A stretch of 32,000 nt of DNA from Candidatus Jordarchaeales archaeon (GTDB lineage Archaea > Asgardarchaeota > Jordiarchaeia > Jordiarchaeales > Freyrarchaeaceae): NCBI GenBank assembly GCA_038889235.1, contig JAWAHN010000001.1, positions 120,001 to 152,000 of the forward strand, given 5' to 3'. The first letter of the stretch is position 1; each line of letters begins with the position of its first letter. Positions 26,171 to 32,000 of this stretch are shown piece by piece. The notes under the pieces were generated by a model. That model made no database searches. It was given only the letters and a program-made list of their open reading frames with translations, and was not told the origin of the DNA. Position numbers and translations under genes: made by a program.

Positions 26171-27619
26171 TTAAAAGGTTATTCCTGCCAGTCTTGCCGC
26201 GTTCTTCATTTTCTCTTTGAGGTTCATTTGTCTCGAGATCATTATCTTCTGGGTTTGTGGTGATCCCGCGCCGTGAAGCGACTCGACTAGGTATCCTGTG
26301 CTCATAGTGAGGTTCTCTATTAGCCGTATGGCCCTCATCCTGTGCTCTGCTGGGTAATCCGCGTTTCCTCGCAGGTACTTCTCCACGTACCTTCCTACCT
26401 TCTCGTTTTTCAAGTCCCTTTCGCTGGGCATTGTTGCAACTATTCCCCCAGCTATGTCTTGAGCCAGCCTAGCCATCTCGTAAGGCGCCCTAGTCACATT
26501 GAGCTTGCACACGTTTGCGAGCAGTGGCTCCGGCCTGTAGGCACCCGACGGCGTCGCGTAGCCCTCGTAGCTGCAGGCTAAAGCGCAGGAGTAGAGGGTT
26601 TCGTTCATGTGCACCATTTCCACAAGCTTATCCCTCACGTGGGAGGCTTCCATTATGCCGTTGTATAGGGCTGCCAGCGCTGTCGCCCCTATGAGCACAT
26701 CCCCCATTCCAGCTTTGCATCCGCCGTAGTTCTGCCTGTGATATGACGAAAAAGTCTCTACGACGAGGCCCGTGAACTCTGTTTCACCGCACATGAAAAC
26801 CCTCTCCCATGGGACGAAGACGTCGTCGAATATGGTTAAGGTCTCGTGCCCGCTCGAACTGTACATGTAGTTTCCAATGTCCATCCAGTCACCCATAACC
26901 CTTCTGTAGTCACCCATCTGCCTTCCAACTACGAGTGTAACACCCTTAGCATCCGTTGGGACTGCGAATGCCACAGCGTAGTCTGCGTCTTTCTCGTCCA
27001 TCGCCCTCGTCGGGAGAGCGATTATCTCGTGAGAGTGCACGCAACCCGTCGTGTGCGCCTTAGCCCCCCTAACAACGATCCCGTCGTCCCTCTTCTCGAC
27101 GACTCTCACGTACATGTCAGGGTCACGCTGCTCGTGCGGCCTCAGGCTCCTGTCACCCTTAACGTCCGTCATGGCGCCTGCACACATTAAGTCGTTTCGC
27201 TGAACGTACTCCAGGTATTTCTTCAGCCTCTCATGGTAGTTCGTTCCATGCTTCGCATCTATCTCGTACGTTGCTATGTACAGGGCGTTTAGAGCGTCCC
27301 AGCCGACACACCTCTGAATACACGTCCCAGTCCTCTCGCAGAGAACCCTCAGCAGCTTAACCTTGCAGACGAGGTCGTGGGTGTTCTGGTGTATGTGAGT
27401 GAACCTGTTAACGGTCTCACCTGTAAGGTGGGACTTTGCAGTTGCAAGCCACTCGTAGCCAGGTTCATGAGCCAAATTGTAGGTTTCAGCCACAGCGTTA
27501 AGAGAAGGCCTAAGCAGCGGGTGCTCCGTTGGGTCGGTTACCTCCTCGCCCAAAGCAAAGACTCTTACACGCCTCTTCTTTAAGCTCCTAATGTACTCCT
27601 CACCCGTCATCAAAACCAT
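26171..27619 (-). CDS. abfD: 4-hydroxybutyryl-CoA dehydratase / vinylacetyl-CoA isomerase
   Basis: [4Fe-4S] ligand spacing C-x3-C (CIQRC) and H-x6-C (HRQNYGGC), matching C99/C103/H292/C299 of the clostridial enzyme; also AMTDVKGDRS, GAKAH and ESLHGAGSP. ATG 27619 follows GGAGGAGG. Confidence 0.9.
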   Translation of the reverse strand: MVLMTGEEYIRSLKKRRVRVFALGEEVTDPTEHPLLRPSLNAVAETYNLAHEPGYEWLATAKSHLTGETVNRFTHIHQNTHDLVCKVKLLRVLCERTGTCIQRCVGWDALNALYIATYEIDAKHGTNYHERLKKYLEYVQRNDLMCAGAMTDVKGDRSLRPHEQRDPDMYVRVVEKRDDGIVVRGAKAHTTGCVHSHEIIALPTRAMDEKDADYAVAFAVPTDAKGVTLVVGRQMGDYRRVMGDWMDIGNYMYSSSGHETLTIFDDVFVPWERVFMCGETEFTGLVVETFSSYHRQNYGGCKAGMGDVLIGATALAALYNGIMEASHVRDKLVEMVHMNETLYSCALACSYEGYATPSGAYRPEPLLANVCKLNVTRAPYEMARLAQDIAGGIVATMPSERDLKNEKVGRYVEKYLRGNADYPAEHRMRAIRLIENLTMSTGYLVESLHGAGSPQTQKIMISRQMNLKEKMKNAARLAGITF

Positions 27620-27737
27620 GTGAATCCCTCCTCCCAACACTGACATATACGGCTAAATTAACCTTACCGAGAGGCAACATGCTTAAAAACAGCACCCTCC
27701 TTGGTTCCCTCTGGGCAAGGCGTCCCCGGGAGGGTGG

Positions 27738-28238
27738 GTGTTGCCCTTCCTTCCATGGCGCTTCTTCCATTCCTGGAGCTGCCTAATGTGCGGCGAGTGC
27801 TGCGAAAAGTTCAACGTGAGCCTCACACCATCAGAAGCCCTCCTCTTGGTGAAGGGGTACGGTGAAGAGGTCGTCGAGAGAAAAGGAGGGAAGGTGTATT
27901 TAAAACGTGTGGGCGGAAGGTGCATCTTCCAAGATGGGAGGGCGTGCAGCATACAAAGCGTTAAGCCGTCAGCCTGCAAGTTGTGGCCATTTAAGGTTTC
28001 AAGCTACCCATTGAGGCTTGAAGACAAGCACCTAGCAGAGTACGACTTCGCCGGACTAAAACTCTACGTCTACCTCAACACGTTCTGCCGCGGGCTAAAC
28101 AAGGGGACACCCATATGGATGGTCATACCCGAAGCAGTAGCAATCCACCTAGGATTAACAGACAAACAAGCGTTCACAACGTCACTCACCGAGGCCAGCG
28201 AACTAAAACCAATCATGATCAAAAAAGCGAAAAAGTAA
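27738..28238 (+). CDS. YkgJ-family cysteine-cluster protein
   Basis: CLMCGECC...CIF...CSI...KPSACKLWPF motif set. Confidence 0.85.
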   Translation: MLPFLPWRFFHSWSCLMCGECCEKFNVSLTPSEALLLVKGYGEEVVERKGGKVYLKRVGGRCIFQDGRACSIQSVKPSACKLWPFKVSSYPLRLEDKHLAEYDFAGLKLYVYLNTFCRGLNKGTPIWMVIPEAVAIHLGLTDKQAFTTSLTEASELKPIMIKKAKK

Positions 28239-28510
28239 CCCTAGGAGGAGTGCTTCCAAAGACCCTCAGGAAAAACCGGGGCACCCTTCACACGACGGAA
28301 GCATCGAAACCATTCTAAAAAAAAATTTCACATGGAAAAGCAATTGCACAAGAAAAAAAAAGGAATAATTGAAGGATAAAAATGGTAGAAGAAGCAATTG
28401 ATATATCGATTATAACAAAAGACGGATAATTTTATCATAATGTTTTTAAAACATGTTTTCTTTCTCCGTAATACTTGAGGAAGAAGTGAAGAAAAAGAGG
28501 GTACTTAAAA

Positions 28511-31500
28511 ATGAGAGAAAAAAAGAGGATAATCTTGGCCGCGTTAATCGCAACTGTACTCATGCTCACCACTTTTGCCCCACTTATGCCTCAACACCCC
28601 ACGCTAACACTAGCCCTACCACAACAAGCCACCACAAACAAGCAGGGAAGCATACCACCACAGGACGCACCTCCATGGTGGAACACCACCTTCAAATACA
28701 GAATACCCGTCAATGTGAGCGTTAGCGCTAACGCCAGCGCCACAATTCCAGTAGACGTCTACATAAACTTCACTCAGCTCGGATATAACTGTCATAAGAA
28801 CAGCATAAGGATCCAGTTTTGGGATGGTTTGTCGTGGTTTCCTGAGCCGGGGATAACATACCAGTTGTGGAATGAGACACTTAACGGGGACTACATTCAG
28901 AGTGCGACAATAACGTTCCATGCAAATGCAACAGCATACAGCACAACAGTGTACTACATATATTTCAGTGACGTAGATACAGGTACCCCGTCATTCACTC
29001 CACAAATAGATGCTATAATTCAAGACCCGATAGTAATAGTGATAGGAAAATACTACGAGGCGTACATATACACTAACACGTACGGTGGAAAAATATTCGA
29101 GTGTTACAACGCATTCTCCGAAAGCAACTGGAGCCAAGCACCATTCCATAACAATCCAAAATTTGCTAGTGGAAAAAATGATAAATTCAAGTGGATTATT
29201 GATGGAGCACCTTTTTACGGGCCTAACGTGACCTTAGGTCCCTTATTCGTTACCGTAACAGCGTGTACAAACTACACTTATGAGGGACCAGGAAGACCAC
29301 AGACAAGTAGTAATTATGTTAATGTGACTTACAGGTTCTTTGAGTGGGGATGGATATGTGAAACAACTACGTTCTTCACAGAGTTACGTGACCTTAATTA
29401 CTATGAGTGCTGCGGTTACTCGTTTGATCCCCAAATAATGCCGAAGCTAGTTTATGAGGGAGGCGAGCCATTAACAATGAGTGTTGGTTCCGTCTACTAC
29501 CTAGGGAAGGTGAATTGGTTCTGCACACTAGATGAGGCTTTTGGCGTTGCGGCGGGCATAGTGGACATTGCAGACCTCCAGTATAACATTACAAGTCCTT
29601 CATTGCTGAGTTGGCAATTTGTGGTGAGTTACGGGAGTGACTCTGAACGCTGGTGCAGGACCACCATTAGTTTAACGGTTGATACTGGAAACTGGATACG
29701 TGAACACTACGCCTTCTATGTTTGGAATGGAAGCCAGGGTTATATTCCGTTTGTGGGCTTTGCTGAAGCTGTAAGGAAGAAGTCCATTGTTATCGGCGGT
29801 GTTGAGGAGAGGTTCTTCAGCCTGACTATTTACGCCAGAGATTTAAACAATCAGACTTTGAGCAATGCCCTAGTAGAAATAATGGACAGCGAGGGAAGAC
29901 TGCTCATAAGTGGAACGAGTAATCAAAGTGGAGCCTCATCATTTTACCTCTACGAGGGAAATTATAACATATGTGTCAGTTGGAATGAAGAACATGATGG
30001 AATAATTTATCAGACGTACACTGACACTACGCCAGTCAGCTTGGATGGGGATACATCCATAACCGTTGTGCTAGGCATAGTTAACCTCATATGCCAGGCG
30101 GTATACCCGTGGAACAGCAGCATACCGTACATTAACGTTACGGTCATGAAGGAAGGACAACTTATCACTTCAGGAATAACTAACAGTACAGGATACGTAC
30201 ACTTCCGCCTGCCACCAGGCACATACAATGTATTTCTCTACGAAGATGGCGTGCAGCGAGCAGTTAATGAGTCGGATTATGTCCAGTTAGATCTTTCAGA
30301 AAGCAATACACCATACACCGCAATTCTCAACTGCACCTACTACCTCCAAGTTCCCTCACTCACAGGGACAGTCATATCCATTGTTAACGGCACATCGCTG
30401 TCATTTACCTGGACACCGCACAAGGTTATGCTCATGGTCACATGGTATTATGAAGATGATAACGGGACTGACGTGAACCGCTCTGAGGATGAAAGTCGCT
30501 ACTTGCAGTACAGGGTTATTAACGCTTCAAGAGTGGTTTTAGACTGGACGAATCTGACGCAGCATTATAGCAACGGCGGAATATATTATTTAGCTGATCT
30601 TACTGGCCTTCTTTATGGTGGAGTGGTTTACACTGTCGAGTTTAGGGCTGGTGGCTCAGGGTTTGAGTCTGTTGCGGCAAGCGCACTCGTTCAGGTTAAT
30701 CCTGTTATACTGAGTGATTCCAACGTTAATGTTTCGCGTCTGGGAACCTACTTCTGGAACCAGGAGGATATCCCAGTTTGGGTCCGTGTCTACGACGACT
30801 ATAACGGGCTCCCAGTGGTTGGTGCCAACGTCACGTGGAGCGTTGAGGGGTTCGGCAGTTTCCGGCTAAACCACGCTGGGGACGGAAACTACACGGGAAT
30901 CATACCTAAGGACCTCTTGCCTCAGGGAAGTTACATTGTGAGCTTCAGGGTGGAGTGCGCGAACTACACCGTTTACACGAAGGACAGACCTATAGTAATC
31001 GCTCCGAGGCCGATAAGCTTGGAGTTTAAGCCTACGTACGACGTCGTCTTTGGAGACAGCGTCATGTTTTACGTTTACTGTAAGGATAATCTTACGGGTG
31101 AGCCGTTGAGATCTGTGGCAAGCGTCTTCTACTCTATCGAAGGAACAATGTTCTCTGGCGTTCTTACAGACGAGGACGGGGATGGTAACTACACTGGCAC
31201 ATTTGATACTTCGCTTCTCCCCTCGGGTGTAAGCTACGGCATCACGGTTACCGTCAAATTAGAGAACTACGTTTCAGTAGAGAAGACAATATACTTGTTT
31301 GTTAAGCCTGTTCCAATGGTAATCCAGGATGTTCAGATTTCTAGGACGCACTGGAGGGACACGCTTAACTTGACTGTTACTGTTTGGGACGTGCATAATA
31401 GTGTGCCAGTTGTGGATGCGAGCGTCAGTTGCACCGTTACTAGGGATGGGGTTGTAGTGTTCGAGGCTCCGCTCGAAAGCCTGGGTAACGGAACTTACAT

Positions 31501-32000
31501 GCTTAGCGTCGATACGATAGGCATGCCTCCGGGCGAGTACACCGCGGTGTTCAGCGCCTCCAAGGAGGACTACTCTGCTCAGAATATGACGGTGAAGTTC
31601 AGCATACTGCATATTCCAATGGAAATTCAGAATGTTAATGTTACAGAGGCGCGCTGGAGGGAAAAGCTCAACTTGACGGTTACGGTTTGGGACACTCACA
31701 ATGGTGTCCCGGTTGAGGATGCGGTGGTCAGCTGTGTTATAATGAGGGATGGCGTGGTTGTGCGCGAGGTTCAGCTTGAGAGCTCGGGTGACGGAACCTA
31801 CAGGATTAGCATCGACACGACCAGCATGTCTGCGGGCAGATACACTGCTGTTCTCAAAGCATCCAAGGAAAACTACCTTGCCCAGCCTATGCAGGTGGAG
31901 TTCAGCATACTGCCTGCTTCAGCTACAGTTGCTCCGGTGGGCAACGTCGTCCTCGGAGGAGGCGCACCATACATGGTCCTGCTTGGAGGTTATGGTGAGG
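28511..32000 (+). CDS. Large secreted or surface glycoprotein with Ig-like repeats; partial, at least 1163 aa, runs off the right edge
   Basis: My translation from ATG 28511 is open to the end of the window. It shows a signal peptide (MREKKRIILAALIATVLMLTTFA), a DUF2341-like PPWWNTTFKYRIPVNV start, carboxypeptidase-regulatory-like beta modules, Ig-like repeats with G[DN]GxY, and over 30 N-x-S/T sequons by manual count. Absent from the ORF track. Confidence 0.85.
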   Translation, partial: MREKKRIILAALIATVLMLTTFAPLMPQHPTLTLALPQQATTNKQGSIPPQDAPPWWNTTFKYRIPVNVSVSANASATIPVDVYINFTQLGYNCHKNSIRIQFWDGLSWFPEPGITYQLWNETLNGDYIQSATITFHANATAYSTTVYYIYFSDVDTGTPSFTPQIDAIIQDPIVIVIGKYYEAYIYTNTYGGKIFECYNAFSESNWSQAPFHNNPKFASGKNDKFKWIIDGAPFYGPNVTLGPLFVTVTACTNYTYEGPGRPQTSSNYVNVTYRFFEWGWICETTTFFTELRDLNYYECCGYSFDPQIMPKLVYEGGEPLTMSVGSVYYLGKVNWFCTLDEAFGVAAGIVDIADLQYNITSPSLLSWQFVVSYGSDSERWCRTTISLTVDTGNWIREHYAFYVWNGSQGYIPFVGFAEAVRKKSIVIGGVEERFFSLTIYARDLNNQTLSNALVEIMDSEGRLLISGTSNQSGASSFYLYEGNYNICVSWNEEHDGIIYQTYTDTTPVSLDGDTSITVVLGIVNLICQAVYPWNSSIPYINVTVMKEGQLITSGITNSTGYVHFRLPPGTYNVFLYEDGVQRAVNESDYVQLDLSESNTPYTAILNCTYYLQVPSLTGTVISIVNGTSLSFTWTPHKVMLMVTWYYEDDNGTDVNRSEDESRYLQYRVINASRVVLDWTNLTQHYSNGGIYYLADLTGLLYGGVVYTVEFRAGGSGFESVAASALVQVNPVILSDSNVNVSRLGTYFWNQEDIPVWVRVYDDYNGLPVVGANVTWSVEGFGSFRLNHAGDGNYTGIIPKDLLPQGSYIVSFRVECANYTVYTKDRPIVIAPRPISLEFKPTYDVVFGDSVMFYVYCKDNLTGEPLRSVASVFYSIEGTMFSGVLTDEDGDGNYTGTFDTSLLPSGVSYGITVTVKLENYVSVEKTIYLFVKPVPMVIQDVQISRTHWRDTLNLTVTVWDVHNSVPVVDASVSCTVTRDGVVVFEAPLESLGNGTYMLSVDTIGMPPGEYTAVFSASKEDYSAQNMTVKFSILHIPMEIQNVNVTEARWREKLNLTVTVWDTHNGVPVEDAVVSCVIMRDGVVVREVQLESSGDGTYRISIDTTSMSAGRYTAVLKASKENYLAQPMQVEFSILPASATVAPVGNVVLGGGAPYMVLLGGYGE
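31313..31918 (+). repeat. Two tandem 101-aa (303-bp) Ig-like repeats inside the surface protein
   Basis: PMxIQxV...WRxxLNLTVTVWDxHNxVPVxDAxVSC...RDGVVV...LESxGxGTY...D...M..GxYTAV..ASKExYxAQxMxVxFSIL, starting at 31313 and 31616. Confidence 0.85.

Noticed and set aside
26171-27619. 4-hydroxyphenylacetate 3-monooxygenase as an alternative call
   Set aside because: Same fold family, but the four Fe-S ligands specific to AbfD are present.
27683-31699. Short ORFs 27683..27979, 28453..28725, 28616..28921, 30010..30228 and 31274..31699
   Set aside because: They overlap the YkgJ gene or the long surface-protein ORF in other frames or strands.

Overview
Archaeal genomic window with roughly balanced GC, SD-like GGAGG/GAGGT sites, TATA/BRE-like promoters and frequent TTG/GTG starts. 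Two longin-domain proteins (one fused to a Roadblock domain), HEAT-like solenoids and V4R-type proteins point to an Asgard archaeon, possibly Jordarchaeia/Freyarchaeia-like; this taxonomic call is inference only. Contents in order: a partial multi-longin gene at the left edge (missed by the ORF track); an acyl-CoA dehydrogenase-etfB-etfA operon; NAD kinase; a FAD-oxidoreductase plus CCG/Fe-S partner; two outward-facing paralogous 36-aa HEAT-like repeat genes flanking a tautomerase and a Cys-cluster protein with a Trp-punctuated poly-Glu tail; a SAM methyltransferase; an ArsB/NhaD-type permease; a toxin-antitoxin island (HEPN with an internally duplicated degenerate MNT-like partner, then AbrB-VapC); a tandem V4R-like protein; an MBL hydrolase; a membrane-anchored penicillin-acylase-family enzyme; an unknown polytopic membrane protein; a longin-Roadblock plus V4R gene pair; 4-hydroxybutyryl-CoA dehydratase; a YkgJ protein; and a large secreted Ig-repeat surface protein running off the right edge (also missed by the ORF track). 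No rRNA, tRNA, CRISPR array or transposase was seen. The most unusual items are the HEAT-pair/W-acidic-tail locus and the HEPN system whose antitoxin-like gene carries two 237-bp copies differing only at two synonymous sites. All family calls come from motif recognition by eye, with no database searches.
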